Assembly (NCBI GenBank): GCA_964571225.1
Contig: CAZNBB010000005.1
Coordinates: 1-63,484, forward strand
Direction of reading: 5' to 3'
Origin: an uncultured Gammaproteobacteria bacterium
Lineage (GTDB): Bacteria > Pseudomonadota > Gammaproteobacteria > DATFLG01
DNA: 63,484 nucleotides
In this document: one piece after another, positions 1 through 14,583 of the stretch
How positions within the stretch are numbered: the first letter of the stretch is position 1
Layout: each line of letters begins with the position of its first letter
Notes under the pieces: generated by a model
Told to the model about the DNA's origin: nothing
The model's database searches: none
Seen by the model: the letters and a program-made list of their open reading frames with translations, nothing else
Made by a program: the position numbers and the translations under genes

Positions 1-47
1 CACTGGGGAGGGTTCGCGGCTGGGTGCCGCCCTGGGTATGGGCAACT

Positions 48-62
48 CCCCCCCCCCCCCCC
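48..62. repeat. Homopolymeric C15 (G15 on the minus strand) tract in the region 3' of pntB
   Basis: Counted directly: C at 48-62, with no coding ORF support. Confidence 0.9.
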
Positions 63-63
63 G

Positions 64-196
64 TCACCGAGGTCACAGAGAAGGCCTTCCCCGCCACCCG
101 TGGGCGAGCCCCCAAGACTCCGCTAGGAAGCGTGAACCGCCGCGCCGCCCGACCGGTGCCGGGCGCGACTCTCGGTGCTCGCTGTGAACTCTGTGG
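64..196. repeat. REP-like inverted-repeat element built from TCACCGAG/CTCGGTG and CACAGAG/CTCTGTGG modules
   Basis: TCACCGAG 64-71 and CACAGAG 74-80 face CTCGGTG 171-177 and CTCTGTGG 189-196. The same modules recur at 7472-7558. It lies just 3' of the minus-strand pnt operon. Confidence 0.55.
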
Positions 197-244
197 CGGC
201 GCGACCGTGCCCTGCGTGTGCCGACACGGGGCGGGGATGCCCCC

Positions 245-1612
245 TCAGAGCTGCTTCACCTGCTGGATGAGCTTGCCCACCGCTTCCTGACCGTCGCCGT
301 ACAGCATGTGGGTGTTGTCCTGGAAGAACAGCGCATTCTCGATGCCCGAGAAGCCGGCGCCCTTGCCGCGCTTGATGACGATGACGTTCTTGGCCTGATC
401 GGCATTCAGGATGGGCATGCCGTAGATGGGGCTGTCGGGGTTGGTGCGGGCCACCGGGTTCACCACGTCGTTGGCGCCGATCACCAGGGCCACGTCGGCG
501 CGCGGGAATTCGGCGTTGATCTCATCGAGGTCGAAGATCTTGTCGTAGGGCACTCCCGCCTCGGCCAGCAGCACGTTCATGTGGCCGGGCATGCGCCCCG
601 CCACCGGGTGGATGGCGAACTTCACCTTCACGCCGCGCTCTTCGAGCAGCTCGGTCAGCTCCCAGATCTTGTGCTGGGCCTGCGCCACTGCCATGCCGTA
701 ACCGGGCACGATGATGACGTTGTCGGCGTAGGCCATCATGACCGCCACGTCGGTGGCGTCGATGGCCTTCATGGAGCCTTCCACTGCGGTCTCCTCGCCG
801 GCGCCGCTCTGGCCGAAGCTGCTGAACAGCACGTTGCTGATGGGCCGGTTCATGGCCTTGGCCATCAGCTGGGTGAGCAGGGTGCCCGCCGAGCCCACCA
901 CGGTGCCGGCGATGATCATGGCGGCGTTGCCCAGCACGAACCCTTCGAAGGCCACCGCCAGGCCGGTGAGGGCGTTGTACAGGGAGATCACCACCGGCAT
1001 GTCGGCGCCGCCGATGGGCAGGGTCATCAGCACGCCGAAGGTCAATGCCAGTACAAAGAACACGAATACCAGCGCGCCGGCGGGAGCCTGCATGGCGAAC
1101 ACGATGAGCCCGAAGATCACCGCAGCGCCGAAGACGCCCAGATTGATGAATTGCTGGCTGGGGAAACGCACGGCGCGCTTCATCAGGCCCTGCAGCTTGG
1201 CGAAGGCGATCAGCGAGCCCGAGAACGATACCGCGCCGATCAGTGCGCCCAGCACCGCCAGACCCTGGAAGGAGGCCGAGCCGAACTCGCCCTTGGCCAG
1301 TTCCACGGCCGCGATGGCCGCCGCCGCCCCGCCGCCCATGCCGTTGTAGATGGCGATCATCTGGGGCATGTCGGTCATGGCGACCCGTTTTCCCGACCAC
1401 CACGCCAGGCCGCCGCCGATGGCGATGGCGACGATCATCAGCAGGTAGTTCTCCAGTCCCGGCCAGAAGAAGGTGACGATGGTGGCCACCAGCATGCCGG
1501 CGCCGGCCCACAGGATGCCGCCCCGCGCGGTGCGCGGCGAGCTCATGCGCTTCAGGCCGAGGATGAACAGCGCCGCGGCCGCGAAGTAGCTGAGCTGGAT
1601 CACCGTGTTCAT
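245..1612 (-). CDS. pntB: NAD(P) transhydrogenase subunit beta
   Basis: Translation from MNTVIQLSYFAAAALFILGLKRMSSP... is a multi-TM N-terminus plus a C-terminal dIII NADP(H) domain (GYGMAVAQAQH...). The ATG at 1612 overlaps the pntAB stop by 4 nt. The listed 570-aa ORF is an upstream extension. Confidence 0.93.
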   Translation of the reverse strand: MNTVIQLSYFAAAALFILGLKRMSSPRTARGGILWAGAGMLVATIVTFFWPGLENYLLMIVAIAIGGGLAWWSGKRVAMTDMPQMIAIYNGMGGGAAAAIAAVELAKGEFGSASFQGLAVLGALIGAVSFSGSLIAFAKLQGLMKRAVRFPSQQFINLGVFGAAVIFGLIVFAMQAPAGALVFVFFVLALTFGVLMTLPIGGADMPVVISLYNALTGLAVAFEGFVLGNAAMIIAGTVVGSAGTLLTQLMAKAMNRPISNVLFSSFGQSGAGEETAVEGSMKAIDATDVAVMMAYADNVIIVPGYGMAVAQAQHKIWELTELLEERGVKVKFAIHPVAGRMPGHMNVLLAEAGVPYDKIFDLDEINAEFPRADVALVIGANDVVNPVARTNPDSPIYGMPILNADQAKNVIVIKRGKGAGFSGIENALFFQDNTHMLYGDGQEAVGKLIQQVKQL

Positions 1613-1898
1613 CCGCGGTCCTCCTTGCTGCTCTTGAACATCTCGAGCATGCGTTCGGTGACCACGTAGCCGCCCACTGCGTTGCCGGCGGCCAGCACAA
1701 CACCCACGAAGCCGATGGCCTGTTCCAGACCCGTATTGGCGTGGCCCAGGGCGACCATGGCGCCTACCAGCACGATGCCGTGGACGAAGTTGGAACCGGA
1801 CATCAAAGGCGTGTGCAGAATGACAGGTACCCGGGAAATCACCTCGTAACCGGTGAAGGCGGCCAACATGAAGATATACAGTGCCGTGAAGCCTTCGA

Positions 1899-1902
<4 letters not shown>
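1609..1902 (-). CDS. pntAB: NAD(P) transhydrogenase subunit alpha part 2 (membrane part)
   Basis: 97-aa hydrophobic protein MIEGFTALYIFMLAAFTGYEVISRVP... lying between pntAA and pntB, with 4-nt overlaps on both sides. Confidence 0.9.
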
Positions 1903-3032
<1,130 letters not shown>

Positions 3033-3318
3033 GGTTGGCTCTCTCTTCGGATGCAGGCACCCCATGCCCTGGCGGAGCGAACCGCCAGGGACGGCGATGA
3101 CCGATAGTCCAGTTCAACGGCGCCGACATGCCGAGCCGGGGCAAGACCGGCAGTGCATACCCGGAAAGCGGGGAATAAGGCGCAACGTCTCGAAAAAGAC
3201 GATTATCATACCGGATTCATACAAGTCTTTGAAACCGCGCGTTGTCGTTTGCCCGGCGCGTTTACTTTTGCGGGCATTTCTGACATAAATGCGTGGGTCC
3301 GGACTGGAGGGCGGGATT

Positions 3319-3918
3319 GTGTACGAGTTGACACATCAGGTCCTGCGCACCGACATGGCTGGCATGCCCCTGGAGTGGGTGACCTACCGCGACGCGGTGC
3401 GCCTGTACTACCTGGAGCAGGTAGCTTACACCTGCGGAACGCTGCTGTATCGGGTTCGCGGCGGCATCAATGCGCTCACGGGCCTGCGCAGTGTCATCGA
3501 AGTGAACTCCATCATCGCCACATACGGCGACAACCACGCGCTGGCCAAGGCGCGCCGCGGCTACGTCCCGCCCCTGAACAACCAGACCCTGTTCCGCCGC
3601 GACGCATCCCTGTGCATGTACTGCGGCACGCGCTTTTCGGACAGCGATCTGTCCCGGGATCATGTGACGCCACTCAGCCAGGGCGGCGCGGACGTCTGGA
3701 ACAACGTGGTCACCGCCTGCAAGCGCTGCAACAACCACAAGGCCGGGCGCAGTCCCGAGCAGGCGGGTATGGAATTGCTGGCGGTGCCCTTCACCCCGAC
3801 CCACGCCGAATACATCTATCTGCAGGGCCGGCGCGTGCTGGCCGATCAGATGCGTTTTCTGTTGGCGCACTTTCCCCGCAGCAGTCCTTTGCACCAGCGT
3901 CTGTCCCGGCGCGCCTGA
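3319..3918 (+). CDS. HNH endonuclease family protein (McrA-like, with an uncharacterised N-terminal domain)
   Basis: CMYCG...DHVTPLSQGGADVWNNVVTACKRCNNHKAG gives an HNH motif with two CxxC pairs. GTG 3319 is preceded by GGAGGG. An alternative ATG at 3289 has no SD. Confidence 0.8.
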   Translation: MYELTHQVLRTDMAGMPLEWVTYRDAVRLYYLEQVAYTCGTLLYRVRGGINALTGLRSVIEVNSIIATYGDNHALAKARRGYVPPLNNQTLFRRDASLCMYCGTRFSDSDLSRDHVTPLSQGGADVWNNVVTACKRCNNHKAGRSPEQAGMELLAVPFTPTHAEYIYLQGRRVLADQMRFLLAHFPRSSPLHQRLSRRA

Positions 3919-4094
3919 CAGATCCGCAGCGGCATTTCAGGCGACAGAAGCCGCCGTCTGGCGTCGCCTTGACGTGCGGTGCTGTCGCGGAGAGTTCGGG
4001 TAATGATCCCAGGCCGGTGTGTGGCTTCGCGGTGCGGCAGGTTTACCGCTCGCCCGCCGGGCCGGCTCGGCCCAGGGTGCGCGCGGCAGGCTCC

Positions 4095-4820
4095 CTAGCA
4101 GGCCAGCCTGCACACGGCCTGCATATCCAGAAAGCGGACCTGCCGGTTGTTCAGCTCGATGATGCCCTGCTCGCGCAGATGGGCCAGTACGCGGCTGACG
4201 GTTTCGGTGGTCAGGCCCACGTAGTTGGCGATGTCCTCCCGGGTCATGGGCAGTCGGATCTCATCCACGTTGCCCATGCGTTGACGCATGCGCTGAAACA
4301 CGTTGTTGAGCAGTCGCATCACACGTTGTTCGGCGCTGAGCTTGCCCACCATCATCAGCGAAGCCTGGTCGGCCACCAGTTCCCGGCTCATGATGCGCAC
4401 GAATTCGCGCTGCAGGCTCGGGATCTGCTCGTTGAGCTGTTGCAGGCGGTCATAGGGAATCTCGCACACCCAGGTATTTTCCAGCGCGACCGCATGGCAG
4501 GGGTGGACACCCGTGTTGATGGCGTCCAGGCCCACCAGCTCGCCGGACAGGTGAAAGCCGGTGATCTGTTCCTGGCCATCGCTGGTCAGACCGTAGGTCT
4601 TCACGGCTCCGCCCTGAATGGCATAAACGCTGGTGAATGTGTCCCCCGACTGATACAAGGACTCGCCCCGTTTGATGGGGCCGTGCCGTTCCACCAGTTG
4701 ATTGAGTTCCGCCAGGTCCGTCTGGTCCAGGGAAACGGGTAGGCACAGCCGCCGTACATGGCAGTTTTCGCAGGCCGGTTTGACATTGATAAGGCGCAGC
4801 TCGGGGCGACGTTCGCTCAT
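4095..4820 (-). CDS. fnr: FNR/ANR oxygen-sensing Crp-family transcription regulator
   Basis: N-terminal Cys cluster CENCHVRRLC plus a central Cys, cNMP-binding fold, and C-terminal HTH REDIANYVGLTTETVSRVL. It is collinear with E. coli FNR. ATG 4820 has a GGAG SD; an alternative start is at 4844. Confidence 0.9.
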   Translation of the reverse strand: MSERRPELRLINVKPACENCHVRRLCLPVSLDQTDLAELNQLVERHGPIKRGESLYQSGDTFTSVYAIQGGAVKTYGLTSDGQEQITGFHLSGELVGLDAINTGVHPCHAVALENTWVCEIPYDRLQQLNEQIPSLQREFVRIMSRELVADQASLMMVGKLSAEQRVMRLLNNVFQRMRQRMGNVDEIRLPMTREDIANYVGLTTETVSRVLAHLREQGIIELNNRQVRFLDMQAVCRLAC

Positions 4821-4944
4821 GACAAGCTTTTCTCCGGAGTCCATGAAGCCTGCATAAGGCCGGATCGATTTTATGATTTTTTCATAGGCTAGACTATGCC
4901 AGATGGTGCGTCCGGTTCAAACTGACAAATCAGGAGGGCATTTC

Positions 4945-5829
4945 ATGACATTGTGGCGGGTCATCGCGGACCGCATTGAACAGGTGACCGGCGATACCAT
5001 CGACCCCGGCGCCCCTGACGGCGTGGGCGGCGGCTGCATCAATCGGGCGGTGCGCGTAGCCGGCACCGAACGGGACTACTTCGTCAAGCTCAACGACGCC
5101 GGTCGCCTGGACATGTTCGAAGCGGAGGCCGCCGGCCTCAAGGAGATTGCCCGCAGCAAGACGCTGCGCGTGCCGCAGCCGCTGTGCTGGGGGGTGGACG
5201 GCGACAGTGCCTATCTGGTGCTCGAGCATGTGGCGTTCGGGCGCGGCGGAACGTCGAGTCTGGAGGCCTTGGGGCGGGGCTTGGCCGCCATGCACCGCGT
5301 GGGCCGCGACAGCTTCGGGTGGGACCGGAACAACACCATCGGTTCCACGCCCCAGATCAACACGCCCGACCGGGACTGGATGGCCTTCTGGCGCGACCAC
5401 CGTCTCGGGTATCAGCTGCAACTGGCGGCCCGCAACGGTTATGGCGGGCGCCTGCAGCGTGACGGCGAACGGTTGATGGATGCCCTGCCGGCTCTGTTCG
5501 AAGGTTACCGTCCCCCGCCCTCACTGCTGCACGGGGACCTGTGGTCCGGCAACTATGCGATGGACGGCACCGGCGAACCGGTGATCTTCGATCCGGCGGT
5601 GTACTACGGCGATCGGGAGGCCGATCTGGCCATGACCGAGCTGTTCGGTGGTTTCGGCGGCCGGTTCTATGCCGCCTACCGCGAGGCCTGGCCCCTGGAG
5701 CCGGGCTACGATGCGCGCAAGCGTCTCTATAACCTGTATCACGTTCTCAATCATGCCAACCTGTTCGGCGGCGGTTACGCCGCCCAGGCCCAGCACCTGA
5801 TCGACGGTCTGCTCAGCGAGCTGAGCTGA
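4945..5829 (+). CDS. Fructosamine/ketosamine-3-kinase family protein
   Basis: MTLWRVIADRIEQVTG...GGGCINRA...LLHGDLWSGN... motifs. ATG 4945 is preceded by AGGAGGG. Confidence 0.85.
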   Translation: MTLWRVIADRIEQVTGDTIDPGAPDGVGGGCINRAVRVAGTERDYFVKLNDAGRLDMFEAEAAGLKEIARSKTLRVPQPLCWGVDGDSAYLVLEHVAFGRGGTSSLEALGRGLAAMHRVGRDSFGWDRNNTIGSTPQINTPDRDWMAFWRDHRLGYQLQLAARNGYGGRLQRDGERLMDALPALFEGYRPPPSLLHGDLWSGNYAMDGTGEPVIFDPAVYYGDREADLAMTELFGGFGGRFYAAYREAWPLEPGYDARKRLYNLYHVLNHANLFGGGYAAQAQHLIDGLLSELS

Positions 5830-5901
5830 AGGGCGGCGGCCGCGCAACGGCGACCTGATGACCGGGCCAGCTTCCCGGTGGTCCAAGCGGGAGCGTACCT
5901 C

Positions 5902-6345
5902 TCAGCCGGTCCACTGGTCGCAGCGTTCGCCGACGATGTCGTGGGCCCAATCGAGGACGACTTGCACCCTGGGGACCAGCAGGGCGCGGGCCTCCTCGTA
6001 GCTCAGCCACCGGTATTCGTGATGCTCGGGTCTGCCGAGCTCGGGGTTGATGCCCAGGGTCACCTTGCCGGCGTCGCTCTCGGCCAGGTAATAGCGGGCG
6101 ACCTTGCCATGGCCATAGGGAGGAGTTTCGCAATAGGACTCGCCCCAGCGCAGCACCAGCCGCTGCAAGCCGGTCTCTTCCATCACTTCCCTCCAGGCCG
6201 CCTCCAAGGGCAGTTCGCCTGCTTCCACCTGTCCTTTGGGGAAGTCCCAGTACCGATAGACCCTCAGTAGCAGAAAACACCATTGGTCATGCCGGCAGCG
6301 TACCGGTACTACGCCGGCGGACAGGGTGCTGGCTGACTGGCTCAT
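5902..6345 (-). CDS. NUDIX hydrolase
   Basis: Nudix box GQVEAGELPLEAAWREVMEETGL. The start is uncertain: ATG 6345, or GTG 6387 which lies 5 nt after the hemE stop. Confidence 0.8.
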   Translation of the reverse strand: MSQSASTLSAGVVPVRCRHDQWCFLLLRVYRYWDFPKGQVEAGELPLEAAWREVMEETGLQRLVLRWGESYCETPPYGHGKVARYYLAESDAGKVTLGINPELGRPEHHEYRWLSYEEARALLVPRVQVVLDWAHDIVGERCDQWTG

Positions 6346-6394
6346 GACGGCGTTTCCAGTCGGTCGGGCCGACGGCGGACGCGGCACCCGCCGG

Positions 6395-7459
6395 TCACTG
6401 ATGGTAGGGAGCGCTCAGTTCGTGGACCGCGCTGACCAGGGCGGCCGCGTGTTCCGGGTCCACGTCCGGATGGATGCCATGGCCCAGGTTGAATACATGG
6501 CCGCTGCCCGGACCGTAGGCGGCCAGGATTCTGCCGGTGGCGTCGCGGATGCGGTCGGGCGACGCATACAGCGCGGCCGGGTCCAGGTTGCCCTGCAGCG
6601 CCACCCGGTCGCCCACCCGCCGGCGGGCCTGGCCGATGTCCGTGGTCCAATCCAGGCCCAGGGCGTCGGCGCCGGCGTCGGCCATGGCTTCCAGCCATTG
6701 GCCGCCGCCCTTGGTGAACAGGACCAGCGGCACGCGCCGGCCTTCGTGCTCGCGGGTGAGGTGCTGCACGATCCGCTTCATGTACGCGAGGGAGAAGCTG
6801 CGATAGTCGCCGGGTGTGAGCACGCCGCCCCAGGTGTCGAAGATCATGACCGCCTGGGCGCCGGCTTCTATCTGGGCGTTGACGTAGGCCACCACCGCAT
6901 CGGTCACCGTCGACAGCAACCGATGCATGAGCTCCGGACGGTCGTACAGCATGGCCTTGGCCAGCGCGAAGGTCTTGGTGGTCCCGCCTTCGATCATGTA
7001 GGTCGCCAGGGTCCATGGACTGCCCGCAAAGCCGATCAAGGGCACCTTGCCGGCCAGTTCCCGCCGGATCAGGCTCACCGCGTCCATCACATAGCGCAGC
7101 TCCCGCTGCGGGTCGGGTACCGCCAGGGCGGCCACGTCGGCTTCGGTACGCACCGGTCGTTCGAAACGCGGCCCTTCGCCCTCTTCGAAATACAGCCCCA
7201 GCCCCATGGCATCGGGCACGGTCAGGATGTCCGAAAACAGGATGGCGGCGTCCAGGGGGAAGCGCTCAATGGGCTGCAGGGTGACCTCGCAGGCCAGCTC
7301 CGGATTGCGGCACAGGTCCATGAAGCTGCCCGCGCGCGCGCGGGTGGCGCGGTATTCGGGCAGATAGCGGCCGGCCTGACGCATCATCCACACCGGCGTG
7401 CAATCCACCGGCTCGCGCTGCAGCGCCCGCAGCAGGCGATCGTTCTTCAGTTCAGTCAT
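6395..7459 (-). CDS. hemE: Uroporphyrinogen decarboxylase
   Basis: [40 protein letters not shown]... is the canonical HemE N-terminus; 354 aa. Confidence 0.95.
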   Translation of the reverse strand: MTELKNDRLLRALQREPVDCTPVWMMRQAGRYLPEYRATRARAGSFMDLCRNPELACEVTLQPIERFPLDAAILFSDILTVPDAMGLGLYFEEGEGPRFERPVRTEADVAALAVPDPQRELRYVMDAVSLIRRELAGKVPLIGFAGSPWTLATYMIEGGTTKTFALAKAMLYDRPELMHRLLSTVTDAVVAYVNAQIEAGAQAVMIFDTWGGVLTPGDYRSFSLAYMKRIVQHLTREHEGRRVPLVLFTKGGGQWLEAMADAGADALGLDWTTDIGQARRRVGDRVALQGNLDPAALYASPDRIRDATGRILAAYGPGSGHVFNLGHGIHPDVDPEHAAALVSAVHELSAPYHQ

Positions 7460-7471
7460 GGGGGGATGGTG

Positions 7472-7558
7472 CCACAGAGATCACCGAGAACACAGAGCCC
7501 CGCGGACGTCGGCAATGATCTTGCGCAGCATCCTCGGTGACCTCTGTGTCCTCTGTGG
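7472..7558. repeat. REP-like inverted-repeat element (CACAGAG/CTCTGTG and TCACCGAG/CTCGGTGA modules) between the gltD stop and the hemE start
   Basis: CCACAGAG 7472-7479 pairs with CTCTGTGG 7551-7558, and CACAGAG 7491-7497 with CTCTGTG 7542-7548. TCACCGAG 7481-7488 and CTCGGTGA 7533-7540 are also present. Confidence 0.6.
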
Positions 7559-7569
7559 CAAAGGTGACC

Positions 7570-9004
7570 TCAACGAGGCAGATCGGAGCGGCCCATCAGG
7601 AACTCGTCCACCGCCCGGGCGCACTGGCGCCCTTCCCGGATGGCCCATACCACCAGGGACTGGCCCCGGCGCATATCGCCGGCGGAGAACACCTTGGCGA
7701 CCGAGCTCTGGTAGCGGTCCGTGTCGGCCAGTACGTTGCCCCGCGGGTCCAGATCCACGCCCAGCTCTTCGATCATCCCCTCGCGCACCGGATGCACGAA
7801 GCCCATGGCCAGCAGCACCAGGTCGGCCTTGAGCTCGAACTCGGTGCCGGCCATCTCCTGCATCTTCTTGCCCCCTTTGCCGTCGTCCACCCATTCCAGG
7901 CGCACGCCGTGCAGGGTCGTGACCCGGCCGTCCTCGCCGGTCAGGCGGGTGGTGGCCACCGCCCAGTCCCGGTCGCAACCTTCCTCCTGGGAACTGGAGG
8001 TGCGCAGCTTCAGCGGCCAGTAGGGCCAGGTCATGCCCTTGTTCTCCTTCTCGGGGGGGCGCGGCATGATCTCCAACTGGGTCACCGACAGGGCGCCCTG
8101 ACGGATGGAGGTGCCGATGCAGTCCGAGCCGGTGTCGCCGCCGCCGATGACCACCACATGCTTGTCCTTGGCGGAGATGGCCTGTTCCTCGGGAACGGTT
8201 TCGCCGGCCACCCGGCGGTTCTGCTGGGTGAGGAACTGCATCGCGAAGTACACGCCATCCAGTTCCCGGCCGGGCACCGGCAGGTCGCGCGGGTGTTCCG
8301 AGCCGCCGGTGAGCGCGACGGCATCGAATTCGTCCAGCAGCCTGGCGGCTGGAATGTCCGCGCCGATGTGGCTGTTGGGATGAAACTGCACGCCTTCGGC
8401 ACGCATCTGGGCGATGCGCCGGTCGATGAGGTGCTTCTCCATCTTGAAGTCCGGAATGCCATAGCGCATCAAGCCGCCGATGCGGTCGTTCTTCTCGTAC
8501 ACCTCCACCTCGTGACCGGCCCGTGCCAGCTGCTGGGCGCAGGCCAGTCCCGCAGGACCGGAACCCACCACCGCCACGCGCTTGCCGGTGCGATGGGCCG
8601 GTATCTGCGGCGTGATCCAGTTCTGTTCCCAGCCCTTGTCGACGATGGCGCACTCGATGGTCTTGATGGTGACCGGGTTGTCGTCGATGTTCAGGGTGCA
8701 GGCGGCCTCGCAGGGAGCGGGGCAGATGCGTCCGGTGAACTCCGGGAAGTTGTTGGTCGAATGCAGGACGTCCAGCGCGTCGCGCCATTCGCCGCGATAG
8801 ACCAGGTCGTTCCAGTCCGGGATCAGGTTGTTCACCGGACATCCGGTGTGGCAGTACGGAATGCCGCAGTCCATGCAGCGCGCGCCCTGCTCGCTGACTT
8901 CCGGGTCGCTCAGAGCGATGACGAACTCCTGGAAATGACGGATGCGGTCGGCGGGCGCGGTATAGCTGCGGTCAACCCGCGCGATTTCCATGAACCCGGT
9001 CGGC

Positions 9005-9012
<8 letters not shown>
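7570..9012 (-). CDS. gltD: Glutamate synthase (NADPH) small subunit
   Basis: [17 protein letters not shown]..., Fe-S Cys motifs, and [30 protein letters not shown] fold; 480 aa. Confidence 0.95.
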
Positions 9013-13654
<4,642 letters not shown>

Positions 13655-13749
13655 GTCCGACCTCGTTGTTCAGTACCTAAGGATCGTGCTCTGGGGGGGC
13701 GGGTGACCGGCCTGCCGGCACACGGCGTGCGGTGTCGGTGGCAGCCCCC

Positions 13750-14229
13750 TCAGGCGGCCAGCTGCGCCCGGTTGGGGGCCCGGCTATTCAAAATTGGGCC
13801 ATGCAGAATAAAGGAGATGGCAATTTTGTGCCAGTGGTTTGGCGAAAAAGCGCGGTTATCCACGGGTATTGGCGGCACCGGATTTCCAACCGGCCAAGGA
13901 TGCCCCGGGCGGTCTGACGACCGTCCCGGAGGGCGGTCACGAGCAGGGCCGCGCGCCCCACCATGTCTGCACCGGCGCGGCGCGTTCGTTTCCCGCTCGC
14001 AACGGGAGATGCCAAACGTCAGCAGGCCTTGGCCATCGCCGATCTTGCCGGCGGAGGCGGCGATGGCGCGCCGGCGGGACAGTCGGCCCAGGGTCCGAAT
14101 GACCGTCTCCACCAGCCCACGGACAGGCTGCCCGTCCACGTGGGCGATGCGGCCGAAACCACAGTCGTCCCGCTCGAAACCGGGCTGGTACAGGCCGCGG
14201 GGTGCGCAGGCAGACCCCGATATAAACAT
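13750..14229 (-). pseudogene. Decayed paralogous fragment of a gltB 5' end (Ntn-amidotransferase N-terminus only), lying in the gltBD leader
   Basis: ORF residues 12-70 (GLYQPGFERDDCGFGRIAHVDGQ...GDGQGLL) align with GltB residues 11-68 ([23 protein letters not shown]...GDGAGLL). About 24 of 59 positions are identical by eye, including the catalytic Cys. The rest of the ORF is Arg/Pro-rich junk. Confidence 0.6.
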
Positions 14230-14304
14230 GCCGAGTTCCGCGCGCTACCGTTGCCGCCCCGCCGGTCGCGCGAGGGTCAATGGAGTGGGGCGGCGATTGT
14301 TATC

Positions 14305-14332
14305 AGTATAGACCCGAGGGCGGAGCGTTCAA
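14305..14332 (-). promoter_or_regulatory. Candidate sigma70 promoter TTGAAC-N16-TATACT for the gltB-fragment/gltBD transcript
   Basis: On the minus strand, -35 is at 14332-14327 and -10 at 14310-14305. An AT-rich patch with the 11-bp palindrome TTATCAGATAA (14359-14369) lies just upstream. Confidence 0.4.
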
Positions 14333-14488
14333 TGGGGGGTGGCGATATTTTTCGTTTATTATCAGATAACTAAACGCACTCAACTGGTGCGTGCCAGGGG
14401 TTGCGGAGGTTGCCGCGCCCCGATTTGGAGCGGCTCAGCAGCCACAATCCGCAGGGAATTTTCCCACTCTTCCAGCCCCCGTCGTGGT

Positions 14489-14515
14489 GGCGCGTTCCCG
14501 ACACCGGAACGCGCC
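14489..14515 (-). terminator. GC-rich hairpin (10-bp perfect stem, 7-nt loop) about 70 nt 3' of the AAA/SPOR gene, with no U-tract
   Basis: GGCGCGTTCC 14489-14498 is complementary to GGAACGCGCC 14506-14515. Confidence 0.3.
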
Positions 14516-14583
14516 GTGTCTGCGCGGCTTGCGGGCCGAATGAGGGGGTGCCGGCAGCGGCGAACAGCTCCGTATTGACGGTT

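Noticed and set aside
218-1669. 483-aa ORF on the plus strand
   Set aside because: It is antisense to pntB, with His/Gly/Asp/Ala-rich composition and no motifs.
4872-4886. Palindrome TATGA-N5-TCATA upstream of fnr, considered as an FNR autoregulation box
   Set aside because: The half-sites and spacing do not fit TTGAT-N4-ATCAA (nor CRP TGTGA-N6-TCACA). It is too weak to call.
13856-13864. Single DnaA-box-like 9-mer TTATCCACG in the gltB leader
   Set aside because: It is an isolated 8/9 match. That is expected by chance somewhere in 63 kb, and no cluster is present.
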